Positions 30,141-40,644 of a stretch of DNA of 64,000 nucleotides are shown here, piece by piece. Each line of letters starts with the position of its first letter. Position 1 is the first letter of the stretch. Under the pieces are notes generated by a model, which worked only from the letters and a program-made list of their open reading frames with translations, was not told the origin of the DNA and searched no databases. The stretch spans positions 192,001 through 256,000 of the forward strand of contig JBEPZY010000005.1 of assembly GCA_041640595.1 (NCBI GenBank), written 5' to 3'. This DNA comes from Gemmatales bacterium. GTDB lineage: Bacteria; Planctomycetota; Planctomycetia; Gemmatales; HRBIN36. The position numbers were made by a program, and so were the translations under genes.

Positions 30141-31463
30141 ATGCTATCCGAATCGCTTTCTCTTGTAGCGGCTGCTCGCGCTTTACGAGCGGGTACGCTC
30201 ACTTCCGAAGAACTCACCCGTGCTTGTCTGGAGCGTATCCGCCAGGAGGATGGCCAGCTGCAGGCATGGGTGCTGGTAGATGAACAATCGGCCCTGGAAC
30301 AGGCGCGACGTTGCGACCAGGAACGGCGTAGCGGTTATGATCGCGGCTGGTTGCATGGCATTCCGGTAGGAGTGAAGGACATCATAGACGTGGCTGGCTG
30401 GCCGACACGTTGTGGCGTACCTTCGCCCGATGCGTTACCGGCCCACGAGGACGCTTTCGTAGTGCGACGCCTACGTCAGGCCGGTGCGGTCATCCTGGGC
30501 AAAACCGTTACCACGCCGTACGCGGCGTTCGATCCGCCGCCCACCCGCCATCCCTGGTTGCCGGACCGCACACCCGGAGGTTCATCGAGCGGTTCCGCGG
30601 TAGCGGTTGCGCGAGGCATGTGTCTGGCGGCGTTGGCGACACAGACCGGAGGTTCCATTACCCGCCCGGCCGCTTATTGCGGTGTGGCCGGCCTGAAACC
30701 TACTTATGGTCGGATCAGCCTGCACGGTGTTCTGCCGTTTGCCCCTTCTCTGGATCACGTCGGAGCCATCGCTTGCAAGGTAGCCGACTTGGCAGTTGTG
30801 TTTTCGTCTTTAGCAGGTTTTGACCCGAATGACCCGCAGAGTGTCAATTTGCCTGTGCCAGCGTGTGAGGTGTTACTGCAACAGTTCGAGCATCCGCCAC
30901 GGTTGGGCCTGATCTCAGGACCGTGGGAAGAACGCGTGGCGTCGGTGTGGCACGAACATTTCGCCTGGCGTATGGCTGCCTGGCGTAATCGGGGCGCTTC
31001 GTTTCAGCAAGTGCAACCGCCCGACGGCTGGCAGGAAGTATTGCGCTGGCATCGTGTGATTATGGCAGTGGAGGCTGCCACTTTCCACGAAAAAACCTAT
31101 CGGCATCATCCCGACCGTTATCCTCCGAAAATCGCCAGCTTGATCGAAGAAGGTGTACGTACGGCCGCCGTCGAATATGTCCGTGCTCGCCGCGAACAGG
31201 AGCGTTTTCGCCGGGAAATGGTTGCCCGTTTTGCTGAAGTGGACGCGCTCATAACACCCGCTGCCCCGGGACCACCGCCTGGCGCGGAAACGACCGGCGA
31301 TCCATGCTGCAACGCCCCCTGGTCTCTGCTCGGCTATCCGACGATCAGTTTCCCGATTGCTTACACGGCCGCCAAAGAACCGCTGGCGGTGCAGTTAGTG
31401 GGCCGACCCTTCGCGGAATCGGCACTGTTTGCTGCCGCCCTGTGGTGCGAGGCTGTCGGATAG
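30141..31463 (+). CDS. Amidase signature family protein
   Basis: GIPVGVKD, GKT, PGGSSSGSA, TQTGGSITRPA and GLKPTYG. Confidence 0.92.
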   Translation: MLSESLSLVAAARALRAGTLTSEELTRACLERIRQEDGQLQAWVLVDEQSALEQARRCDQERRSGYDRGWLHGIPVGVKDIIDVAGWPTRCGVPSPDALPAHEDAFVVRRLRQAGAVILGKTVTTPYAAFDPPPTRHPWLPDRTPGGSSSGSAVAVARGMCLAALATQTGGSITRPAAYCGVAGLKPTYGRISLHGVLPFAPSLDHVGAIACKVADLAVVFSSLAGFDPNDPQSVNLPVPACEVLLQQFEHPPRLGLISGPWEERVASVWHEHFAWRMAAWRNRGASFQQVQPPDGWQEVLRWHRVIMAVEAATFHEKTYRHHPDRYPPKIASLIEEGVRTAAVEYVRARREQERFRREMVARFAEVDALITPAAPGPPPGAETTGDPCCNAPWSLLGYPTISFPIAYTAAKEPLAVQLVGRPFAESALFAAALWCEAVG

Positions 31464-31660
31464 CGAGATCTCCGTGGGTGCCTTCATTGCTATCCCTGAT
31501 TGGCCGGACATGCAGCAGAATTGCCACAACTGCTCAGGCCAGCGCGGCAACAGTGCCCTGTAGAATCGTCAAACAACGCCATCCATGTGAGGGACTCGGC
31601 CCGTTTCCGGATAACTGCAACGACTCTGGAGACCGGCGTACTTTGCCTTTATTGGCTCGG

Positions 31661-31978
31661 TTAGTTGGAAACCTCGCGTTGTTCCTGAGCACTCGGAAGT
31701 TCCTGACCCACATGGGAGAGGAACGATTCCACCTTTTGAAGCCAGCCACGCAGGGCATTTTCCAGCAATTTGCATTCTCCTAACAGTTGCCGATACCAGT
31801 CCTCTTTGAGATCGGGAAATTCCGGAAGACTGCAGTTCGGTTCAGCTAAGTTGGCGTGTTGGGCGCAATGTTCGAGGAATGCGGACTCCCGCTGTTCTAA
31901 CGCCGCCAGATCCGCTTGCATCACTCTTTCCACTTCGGCTACTAAAGCGTCTGCCGCCTGGCTAATCGAGTCGGACAT
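31661..31978 (-). CDS. Hypothetical helical protein
   Basis: A 105-aa amphipathic helical ORF co-oriented with the upstream GH5 gene. No family recognised. Confidence 0.5.
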   Translation of the reverse strand: MSDSISQAADALVAEVERVMQADLAALEQRESAFLEHCAQHANLAEPNCSLPEFPDLKEDWYRQLLGECKLLENALRGWLQKVESFLSHVGQELPSAQEQREVSN

Positions 31979-32054
31979 AGCAGCCACTCAACCTTCTGTT
32001 TTCGAGTTTGATAACCAGACTAGGTCGGGATGTCCAGCTCAGCATGCCCATCGT

Positions 32055-33263
32055 TCAGGGTTGGCGCTGGGGGATGGGCCGGGAGTCATTTGGTCGCAAT
32101 TTCTGGAATAATTCGAGCCAGGAAAGAGTTATCCGGTCTGCCAGCGATGTGGACTGGCGACATTCTTCGGGGGTTTTACCCCAGTAAAAACCAAGCCAGC
32201 CAGAGGCGTACTTGCGCGAACCCAAAATGAATCTTTCCAGCTCCGCCGCCGAGCAGTGGAGCGGAAAAGTTTCCTCGATGACCAGTGGTTTACCGAGGGC
32301 GTATTCTTCCAGCCGTTGGACAGCCGCTTCGATTTCACCGCTCTTTGGGTAAATGTGCAAGCTCAAAAAATCCAGATAGCGAGCCAGGATTTTCGGGTCG
32401 AAACCGGAATGGAATTTGCGGCGTTCTATGTTGCCGTCGAGCAAACCGACGGTGATCAGCGTTCGCGCATCGTAGCGTCGAATCGCTGACACCAGCGTTC
32501 GCAGCCATTGCTCGCCAATTTCTTCTCGTGCTCGGCCAGCAGGATCAAGTGTGAGGAACTGAACAAAACACTTTCCGCCGAACTCAGGCCCTAACCATTC
32601 TCCCGGTAACCTTCTTGAACCCGGAATGACGGGTTCGTTCATCAGATCGTAACACCAGACCGCGGGATGACCGGCGCAGGTCTGGGCGACCGCTTCCCAG
32701 AAACGCACGTGGATAGCCCAGCGCTGCGCTTCGGGTAGCGCATCATACCAGGCTGGTGTATCCCGGCGATGATAACAGCCCAGGCCTGTCAGATCGAGAT
32801 ACAATCCGGTCTCGGCTGCCAGATCCAGCAGGCGTCGCAAGGTACCGAGCGCTTGCGGGCAGGGCCGATCCGGAACCGGTAAGAATCGCCCCACTTGCAG
32901 ATGAATCCGCACTACACAGGCACCGAGTTGTTTCATTTCACGAAAGTCGGCGACTACTTTGTCCCATTCGCTGTTCCAGTAGTCCTCGATCAGCCGGCCG
33001 GTCTCGTCGTGATCGTAATTGAATCCCCAGGGAATAAACCGATCTCCGGAGTCAGCGAAACGGAATCCCCGGCCATCAGGCGTCAGCTCAATGCGCTGCA
33101 TTGGCTGCAGTACGTGAAAGCGACTGCTTTCGCTGCGGACTTCGCACTTCATCTGCGAAAGACAAAGCAATCCGGACAGGCTCATTGCAACAATGACCGC
33201 GAACGTATTGCTAGCGGTTAACTCTCTCTCGAATAGGCCGGGCTTTTTCGGTGCGTGTGCCAT
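32055..33263 (-). CDS. Cellulase/GH5-like glycoside hydrolase
   Basis: WGFNY, VRIH, DLMNEP (acid/base), LHIYP and VIEE (nucleophile). A strong SD (GGAGGAGG) precedes the ATG at 33263. Confidence 0.82.
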   Translation of the reverse strand: MAHAPKKPGLFERELTASNTFAVIVAMSLSGLLCLSQMKCEVRSESSRFHVLQPMQRIELTPDGRGFRFADSGDRFIPWGFNYDHDETGRLIEDYWNSEWDKVVADFREMKQLGACVVRIHLQVGRFLPVPDRPCPQALGTLRRLLDLAAETGLYLDLTGLGCYHRRDTPAWYDALPEAQRWAIHVRFWEAVAQTCAGHPAVWCYDLMNEPVIPGSRRLPGEWLGPEFGGKCFVQFLTLDPAGRAREEIGEQWLRTLVSAIRRYDARTLITVGLLDGNIERRKFHSGFDPKILARYLDFLSLHIYPKSGEIEAAVQRLEEYALGKPLVIEETFPLHCSAAELERFILGSRKYASGWLGFYWGKTPEECRQSTSLADRITLSWLELFQKLRPNDSRPIPQRQP

Positions 33264-33369
33264 TGTCCTCCTCCCTGGCCATTTGCGAAGCTGATGCCGC
33301 GCTGGTCATCGGTAGCGCTGTACGTATATCCTGCGCCGCTTTTGGCATTTTCAACGTCAGCCCTACGGG

Positions 33370-33465
33370 GTGGCTCTGGTTCTTTATAATCCTTCCCCCG
33401 GAGCTTGTCAACTTCTTCGTTCAGTTCGCGGATGCGTGGCTCTGGTTCTTTATAATCCTTCCCCC
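33370..33465. repeat. Two perfect 30-bp direct repeats separated by a 36-bp unique spacer
   Basis: GTGGCTCTGGTTCTTTATAATCCTTCCCCC at 33370-33399 and 33436-33465. Confidence 0.9.
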
Positions 33466-33605
33466 TCCGCCTCAAACAGACTCTACGGATTGTCGCCACA
33501 ACTCGCCAAACCACGCCGGTGGCCATCTTTCCTTTCGCCTTTCAGCTGCGACAATGGAGATACGATCGTCCGGCGGAGCCGGCAATGCACCAATAGGATG
33601 TGACC

Positions 33606-35708
33606 ATGTACCTGATTTTCGCGCTGCACAATCACCAACCGGTCGGCAATTTCGGCTTCGTCTTCGAACAGGCCTACCGCGACGGCTATGAGCCATTCCT
33701 GGATTTGGTCGAGAATTTTCCTGACCTGCAATTTTCGTTGCATCTCAGCGGATCGCTTTTGGAATGGCTGCAGGCCGAGCGGCCGCAGTACGTGCAACGG
33801 TTGCGGAACTTAATCAGCCGCGGTCAGGTGGAGTTACTCGGAGGCGCTTATTACGAACCGATCCTTGCTATGTTGCCGCGGCGAGACCGACTCGGACAGG
33901 TGGCCCGTTATCGCGAGCATTTGCAGCAACTCTTCGACACCACCATTCAGGGCGCCTGGCTGGCGGAGCGTGTCTGGGAGCAGGAACTGGCATCGGATCT
34001 CGCTCAGGCCGGGATCACCTTCACGCTCCTCGACGACTTCCATTTTCGCCAGGCCGGAGTTCCCGAGCAGGATTTATGCGGTTATTTCCTGACGGAAGAT
34101 CAGGGAAGGTTGCTGCGCATTTTCCCGATCAGCGAACCGTTGCGCTATCTGGTTCCCTGGAAAGAGCCGCAAGAAAGCATCGAATACCTCCGGCAATTGC
34201 ACGCCCGCAAGCCGAACGCTGTCGCCGTGTGTGCTGATGACGGAGAGAAATTCGGCGTCTGGCCGGAGACGCATGAACATTGTTACCGGCGCGGCTGGCT
34301 GCACCGCTGGTTCGAGTTGCTGATGCAAAATCGGGACTGGTTGCAGCTAACCAGTTTTCGACATGTTCTGGAAACGCAACCGCCTGTGGGCCTGGTTTAT
34401 TTACCGGATTGCAGTTATCGGGAGATGACCGAGTGGGCGTTACCGCCTCAGGCGCAGCGAACCTTATTGGAGTTGAAGCGACAATTCGAGCAGGATCCTC
34501 GCTGGCCGCAGCTTCGCACCTTCTTACGCGGTGGATTCTGGCGAAATTTCCTGGCCCGCTATCCTGAAGTCCGGGAAATGTACGGGCGTATGCGTGAGGT
34601 GAGCGAACTGGTAGCCCAGGCAGAAGCCCAGGCCCATCCAGAAATCGAACAGGCGCGGTTAGACCTATATCGCGGTCAGGTTAATTGTCCCTACTGGCAC
34701 GGAGCATTCGGGGGACTCTATTTGCCCCATTTGCGCCAGGCGGTTTATCACCACCTGATACGAGCCGAGACCCGACTCCGCACTTCAACCGAAGCAGAAG
34801 TCCGCACAGGTGACTGGAATTGCGACGGCCAGCAGGAGCTAAGTCTCATAAACCAGTATATGCGTCTTTATATCGCTCCAGAGCAGGGCGGCAGCATTTA
34901 CGAATGGGACATTTATCCTCTTTGCCATAACTTATTAGCAACCCTGAATCGCCGGCCGGAAAGTTACCACTGGACTATCCTGGAAGCTGCTGGCGTGTCC
35001 CAGACCGGCTCGTTGGGTGCTTTGCATGAGCAAATCAAGTTCAAACACCCGGAATTGCATAAGCTCCTTTATTACGATCGCTATCACCGCAAGAGTCTCC
35101 TGGAACATATTTACCCAGCAGAAACTACGCTGCAACATCTCATCCGTTTGGAAGAGCGCGATTTAATCCAGGCTGTTCACGGCCGCTGGAGCTGGCAAAT
35201 TGAGCAGACGAAACAAGTGCTGCGACTTATTCTGCTACATGAGGCTAGTTTGCTCGATAGACCTATACGCCTGATAAAGACCTTGATTGTTCCTCGGCGC
35301 CGTCCAGTGCTGGAAGTTCAGTATCGCTGTGAGAATCTTCCCGCGGGCACATATATTTTCGCCTCCGAATGGAATTTCGCAGGTCTGGCCCCGGATGCCG
35401 AGGATCGCTACTACTGGGGTAACAACGGCGGAAAACTCGCACGCTTAGGCGAATCCCTGGAGCTGGAGCCAACGACACTTTTCGGACTGGCGGATGATTG
35501 GCTCGGCTTACGGATCGCGATACGTTGTGAGCCGGCGGCAGCCTTCTGGGCCTTTCCAATTCAGACGGTAAGTCAGTCCGAAGGTGGATTCGAGCTGGTA
35601 TATCAAAGCTCAGCGGTCCTTCCGCACTGGCAAATTCAAACTTCCGATGGCGGAGAGTGGTTCGCTTCCATCACTTTTCAGATCTCCGCGCGGGAACATC
35701 GCTCTTAG
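33606..35708 (+). CDS. GH57 alpha-amylase / 4-alpha-glucanotransferase (DUF1925/DUF1926)
   Basis: HNHQPVGN, LHLSG, WLAERVWE, DDGEKFG, YWHGAFGGLYLPHLR and TVSQSEGGFE. Confidence 0.93.
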   Translation: MYLIFALHNHQPVGNFGFVFEQAYRDGYEPFLDLVENFPDLQFSLHLSGSLLEWLQAERPQYVQRLRNLISRGQVELLGGAYYEPILAMLPRRDRLGQVARYREHLQQLFDTTIQGAWLAERVWEQELASDLAQAGITFTLLDDFHFRQAGVPEQDLCGYFLTEDQGRLLRIFPISEPLRYLVPWKEPQESIEYLRQLHARKPNAVAVCADDGEKFGVWPETHEHCYRRGWLHRWFELLMQNRDWLQLTSFRHVLETQPPVGLVYLPDCSYREMTEWALPPQAQRTLLELKRQFEQDPRWPQLRTFLRGGFWRNFLARYPEVREMYGRMREVSELVAQAEAQAHPEIEQARLDLYRGQVNCPYWHGAFGGLYLPHLRQAVYHHLIRAETRLRTSTEAEVRTGDWNCDGQQELSLINQYMRLYIAPEQGGSIYEWDIYPLCHNLLATLNRRPESYHWTILEAAGVSQTGSLGALHEQIKFKHPELHKLLYYDRYHRKSLLEHIYPAETTLQHLIRLEERDLIQAVHGRWSWQIEQTKQVLRLILLHEASLLDRPIRLIKTLIVPRRRPVLEVQYRCENLPAGTYIFASEWNFAGLAPDAEDRYYWGNNGGKLARLGESLELEPTTLFGLADDWLGLRIAIRCEPAAAFWAFPIQTVSQSEGGFELVYQSSAVLPHWQIQTSDGGEWFASITFQISAREHRS

Positions 35709-35803
35709 TGCTACGGCGACTTTTGCCGTCGAACCCAGCGCCGTGGACCTTGCTTAGGGATAGCTTTTTGAGCACTAGTTAAGGCCTTTTCCTTGTCTAA
35801 TGC

Positions 35804-36415
35804 TTAGGAACCGTCACTGAAATGAGAAACGATTTCTGCCGTGTTTAGATAGAGGATGCCGAGTTGTTCAGCCTCACGGCGAGCATGATCTTGAAAGAGA
35901 CCAGCTGCCGGGATATCTATGCCAGCGCTGGCGTCATCGGCAATAATCACTTGAAAACCTGCTTTTCGCAAGTCGCGAGCGGTATAGAAAACGCATATAT
36001 TCTTAGCCAGACCGCACACAACCACGCTTTCGATATTAGTGGAACGCAGTAAGGCAATGAAGGCCGGATGCTGGGCAGTAATCGCATAAGCGTCGCGGTC
36101 GCGAAAGAAACCTTTACGCCAAATCGTATGGAACCGTTCGCTACGCAGGCCAGGTAAGAAGTCCGCTCCGCGCGTACCTTGAACGCAATGCGGGGGATAA
36201 AGGTTATCGCGCTGTCCGAAAAAACTGCAATGATCAGGCGGATGCCAATCCTGGCTGGCGTCTATCCGCGCCCAGTTCAGCTCAAGCAGGCGATTAATGG
36301 CGGGGACAATGGCCAGGCCACCAGGTACCGGTAATTCCTGCGGACACAATTCGCTGAAGCCGCACTGCGCATCTACGACAATCAAGGCACTGGTCTCTAA
36401 GTTGCCGAGCCGCAT
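35804..36415 (-). CDS. Nicotinamidase/isochorismatase family cysteine hydrolase
   Basis: VVDAQ, DWHPPDH, HCVQGT, RKG and GLAxxICV. Confidence 0.88.
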   Translation of the reverse strand: MRLGNLETSALIVVDAQCGFSELCPQELPVPGGLAIVPAINRLLELNWARIDASQDWHPPDHCSFFGQRDNLYPPHCVQGTRGADFLPGLRSERFHTIWRKGFFRDRDAYAITAQHPAFIALLRSTNIESVVVCGLAKNICVFYTARDLRKAGFQVIIADDASAGIDIPAAGLFQDHARREAEQLGILYLNTAEIVSHFSDGS

Positions 36416-36417
36416 GG

Positions 36418-39153
36418 TCAGCGTGGGGTCGCTTGGTTTGCTTTCGGAAAATCACCCGCTACCACAATAAAGAGTTTTTCCGGAACTACATATTGCCGCA
36501 AGGCCTGGTGGATTTCCCGCGGCTGTAAATTGCGGATTCGGGTTTCCAGGTCTTGATAATATGCCATGGTTCTTCCTTCATAAGCCAGCTCGGCAAGGAG
36601 AGAGGCGAGAGTAGCGTCGTTAGTGCGGGCGACACGCTGTTGTTCCAGCCAGCCTTTTTTCGCACGGGCTACCTCTTCTTCAGTAACGCCATCACGGCGA
36701 ATCTTCTCGATTTCTTCACGGATAAGTTTCTCAACACGATCACGGTTCTGCGGATTATAGATCGCATAAATCAGGAAGCTGGCTCGCTTATCCAGAGCCG
36801 AAGCCGCAAATCGGGAGCCGACACCGTAAGATAGACCCTCTTTTTCCCGAATACGATCGCCAAGTCGCGAAGATAAGGTGTTGTTGCCGAGAATATAGTC
36901 GCCCAAAACGAGAGCCGGAAATTCCGGGTCAGTGTCACTAAGAGGAAACACCAGACCGGCGACATAAATGGCGTTCGCTTTGTCTGGGGTTACTATCACC
37001 TCGCGTCCGGGTTTATACTCGGTGGCTGGACGAGGAATGCGTGCATAAGGTTGGGAGGCTTTCCAATCACTGACCAATGCGGAGAGCAGAGGTTTAGTAG
37101 ATTCGAGATCGAAGTCGCCGACGATGGCCAATTCACCGGCTTGGCCGCTGAGGAAATTTTCGTAAAGCTGGCGTACTTGATTCACCTGCAAAGCGCGGAT
37201 GCGGGCAATTTCTTCCTCGATGGTCGGAATATAGCGAACATCATCCGGCGGATAGGCGTTGAGCTCGCGTCGCAATCGGCGTAGTGCCAGGGCTTGCGGG
37301 TCTTTGAGCTGCTGTTCTAAACCGGCGATGGATTGCTGCTTGAGAATTTCCAGCTCGGAATCGGCCAGGGCGGGTTCACGCAAAATGCCCTGCAGCAATT
37401 CCAGAGCCCGCGGTAAGTGTGTGCGCGTGGTTTGCAAATGGAAGCTGACCTGGCCAACTTCGCTGGAGACGCGCAGACGGGTGCGTGCCTTGTCAAGTTC
37501 ATCCTGCAACTGCTGGTAGCTTAGTTTACGTGTACCTCGCCGCATCAGGTCGCCAAGAAACTCAGCTGCCGTCGCGTAAGGTTTCAGACTATCGGCAGTG
37601 CCGTACCGCAGTGTCAAGGTAAGATTTACTGTCTGACCGCGGGTCTTTTTAGGTAACAAAACTGCCTGAACCCCGCCGAATTGTGTGCGCTGAACACGTT
37701 GCTCGATATTCGCCGGACTAACATCAAATACCTCGCCAGCAGTTATAGTGTCGCGGCCTTTATAGTCCTTGACCATCGCCGTAACATCGGGCGTGGGCGG
37801 AATAGCCACCCGTTCCGGCTGGGTTGTAGGAATATACATCCCCAGGGTGCGATTGTTGCGACGGAGATATTTCGCGGCTACCTCACGGACATCTTTAGGG
37901 GTTACTTTTTCGACACGGTCGCGGTAAAGGAAAAACAACCGCCAGTCTCCTTGCGCTGCCCATTCGCTCAGTTGAATGGCGATTCGCTGGCTATTGGTCC
38001 AGGCAAGTTCCCAATCCTTGAGCAGTTGCTGCTTAGCACGTTCCACTTCCTCATCGGTGGGCGGTTTGCTGGTAAACTCTTCCACTTCGCGCAGCAGTAT
38101 CTCCTTGACTTCTTCTAAGTTCCCGGTCTGCGGCACCTCGACCATGAATTCAATAATCCCCGGTTCGCGGAAGGCATAAGCATTGCCGGATACACTGGCG
38201 GCTTTTCTAGTCTCGACAAGTGCCTTATAAAGCCGGCCAGAAGGTGTGGCGCTAAGCACTTGATTGAGCACATCAATAGCAGCGAAATCCGGGTGGGCCC
38301 CTGCACAGATGTGATAGACTAAGCCGACAAGCTGGACGTTCCCGACGCGCCTTAACACCACGCAACGCTCTCCATCCTGCGGCGGTTCTTCGGTGTAAGT
38401 ATCCGGAAGTCGGCGTTGGGGCCGCGGAATTGCTCCGAAGTATTTTTCAATCCACCGCAGCGCCTTTTGCTCGTCGAAATGCCCGGCCACGATCAACAAG
38501 GCATTATCCGGCTGGTAGTATTTACGATAGAACTCGCGGAGATTCTCGACCGGCACACGTTCAATATCACTGCGATTGCCAATGGTCGCCTTGCCATAAT
38601 TGTGCCATTCATAAGCGACGGCAGTCATCCGCTGGCTGAGGATATAATGCGGATTATTCTCGCCCATTTCGAATTCGTTGCGAACTACGGTCATTTCGGA
38701 AGCCAAGTCTTCCCGGCGAATTAAGCTGTTAACCAGTCGGTCAGCCTCGAGGCGGATGGCGAATTCCAGGTTGTCATCGGAAGCGGGCAGGGTTTCCCAA
38801 TAATTGGTGCGATCCACCCAGGTTGTGCCGTTGAAGCGAGCACCACGTTCAGCGAGTGCCTTGGGAATGTTCGGGTGGGTGGGCGTTCCCTTGAAAAGCA
38901 TGTGCTCCAGCAAATGGGCCATTCCGGTTTCGCCATAACCTTCGTGCCGCGAGCCGACGAAAACGGTAAGATTCACGGTTACCGTGGGCCTGGAGGGATC
39001 GGGAAACAGCAGCACTTTCAGGCCATTTTCGAGTTCATATTCGGTGATCCCCTCGACAGTGGTGACCTTTTTTGCTTCCGCCACTAAGGCACGTTGCCCG
39101 ACAAGAAGCATCAGGGCGGCAAGCAGACCAACCAGCATGTTTCGCGATTGCAT
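36418..39153 (-). CDS. M16 (pitrilysin) family zinc metallopeptidase, secreted
   Basis: Signal peptide, the inverted zinc motif AHLLEHMLFKGT, NGTTWVDRTNY and IREKEGLSYG. Confidence 0.93.
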   Translation of the reverse strand: MQSRNMLVGLLAALMLLVGQRALVAEAKKVTTVEGITEYELENGLKVLLFPDPSRPTVTVNLTVFVGSRHEGYGETGMAHLLEHMLFKGTPTHPNIPKALAERGARFNGTTWVDRTNYWETLPASDDNLEFAIRLEADRLVNSLIRREDLASEMTVVRNEFEMGENNPHYILSQRMTAVAYEWHNYGKATIGNRSDIERVPVENLREFYRKYYQPDNALLIVAGHFDEQKALRWIEKYFGAIPRPQRRLPDTYTEEPPQDGERCVVLRRVGNVQLVGLVYHICAGAHPDFAAIDVLNQVLSATPSGRLYKALVETRKAASVSGNAYAFREPGIIEFMVEVPQTGNLEEVKEILLREVEEFTSKPPTDEEVERAKQQLLKDWELAWTNSQRIAIQLSEWAAQGDWRLFFLYRDRVEKVTPKDVREVAAKYLRRNNRTLGMYIPTTQPERVAIPPTPDVTAMVKDYKGRDTITAGEVFDVSPANIEQRVQRTQFGGVQAVLLPKKTRGQTVNLTLTLRYGTADSLKPYATAAEFLGDLMRRGTRKLSYQQLQDELDKARTRLRVSSEVGQVSFHLQTTRTHLPRALELLQGILREPALADSELEILKQQSIAGLEQQLKDPQALALRRLRRELNAYPPDDVRYIPTIEEEIARIRALQVNQVRQLYENFLSGQAGELAIVGDFDLESTKPLLSALVSDWKASQPYARIPRPATEYKPGREVIVTPDKANAIYVAGLVFPLSDTDPEFPALVLGDYILGNNTLSSRLGDRIREKEGLSYGVGSRFAASALDKRASFLIYAIYNPQNRDRVEKLIREEIEKIRRDGVTEEEVARAKKGWLEQQRVARTNDATLASLLAELAYEGRTMAYYQDLETRIRNLQPREIHQALRQYVVPEKLFIVVAGDFPKANQATPR

Positions 39154-39433
39154 GGCGATACTCCGTTAGCACAGTTTGCACTATTTCCCAGCATGTTTTG
39201 TATGCCATTGTAGCAATTTCAGCCAACCGATCCCACGATCCAGGCGTTGCTTGGCTCAAACTCACTCGATGGCAAACAAACGCCTTGGCAGATAATCCCG
39301 GATTAGCTTGCTCCTTCATAGCAACCTCTTCCACGTATAGTGAGGCACACGAAACGATGCGGACGTCACTGCGCACGGCCGGGAGAAATGTTCCAGTTGC
39401 CGGTAACCTTTTATGGAGACCGACGGAACAACG

Positions 39434-40471
39434 CTAACGTCGTTGCAGACGGATGGGAATGGAAACAACCGTCTGACCAGGCTCCGCGAAATGGACTTTT
39501 ATCTCCAGGTTGGTTTCGCCAGGCGGTAGATGGTTGGGGTCCACGGTTACCTGTAGCGTGGTGATAGGAAAAGTCCCCTCGGCCCACCGACAGTTGAGGG
39601 CTGGATGAGGGGCCTCAGCGTGAGCGATGCGGCAAGCCTGGCCGTTTCGATCGCGGAAGGTGAAGAGCCGACTGACTGGCGTGTTGCCCGTCAGTACGAA
39701 ATTGCTCTCCGGCGGAGAAACAAGAATCCGTGAGGCCAGCAGTCGCCGCACTCGCACCGGCACAGTAATGCGTGGACATCTGGCATCGTCGGTCAGCAAA
39801 ACCACCTGCCCGTCCAGTACGGAGCCTTCTATTTCGGGACAAACCTGGAGCCGAATGCGCCACTGGTAAGGAGGCCCGCTGCCGCGAGGTTCTTCGATTA
39901 CCCTGGCCCGGAGTTGCGGAGCATTGGTTTCGCAGCCGAGAATTCGCAGCGGTTTGGCGCGATGATCGGTGATGAGCAGATCACACTCGCTCGCGCTTGA
40001 AAGGCTCAGCTCCAGTTGCGGTGGATGAACAGTAATTTCCCGAACCACGGTGGCCACAGCGGCCAGTCGAGTTTCCCGCATGGTTTCTCCGACACGATAG
40101 CGCAGGCATATTTCCCAAACGTTGCGGCCTGGCGGTGCACGAAGCGGATGCAGTGTGAGCCGCAGACGTGCCGGACGATCAGAAGTCGCGCGTCCGGAAA
40201 GAATTTCGACCTGCACGCATCCGCAGCTTGCCTGGGCCTGAAGCAACTCCGCTTCCACCGGGCCTACCGAGTGGAGCACGACTTCGCGTTGCGGCGTATC
40301 GAGGCTGGAGACCTGCCCAAAATCTACCGTGCTGGTGTCGGGAACCAATTCACCTCGCAAGGCGGACGCAGTCAGCAACCAGCTCGCCAGGCAAATGCCG
40401 CAGGCCATAATGAGATACAGCGACCAGAAAATAAGCGTTGACCGCCAGCAAGAGCGAGTCGCATCGGCCAT
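39434..40471 (-). CDS. DUF1573-like Ig-fold exported protein
   Basis: N-terminal TM/signal, VDFG, the SCGC motif and three beta-rich domains. Confidence 0.75.
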   Translation of the reverse strand: MADATRSCWRSTLIFWSLYLIMACGICLASWLLTASALRGELVPDTSTVDFGQVSSLDTPQREVVLHSVGPVEAELLQAQASCGCVQVEILSGRATSDRPARLRLTLHPLRAPPGRNVWEICLRYRVGETMRETRLAAVATVVREITVHPPQLELSLSSASECDLLITDHRAKPLRILGCETNAPQLRARVIEEPRGSGPPYQWRIRLQVCPEIEGSVLDGQVVLLTDDARCPRITVPVRVRRLLASRILVSPPESNFVLTGNTPVSRLFTFRDRNGQACRIAHAEAPHPALNCRWAEGTFPITTLQVTVDPNHLPPGETNLEIKVHFAEPGQTVVSIPIRLQRR

Positions 40472-40644
40472 GGCTGGCCCTCGTTTCTCTGCCGCGCTGG
40501 TTTGTCTTCAGGGGGGTGGCTGATTTCGCATAACAGGTTCCTCGCCAGGTGCAAGACCATTTGCCCTGGTTCGACTACAATCGCAACGAAAGGGCGAAAA
40601 TTATTCCGAGCAGCCAGCTTCTTGAGTCCGAACAGGAGATAGCC

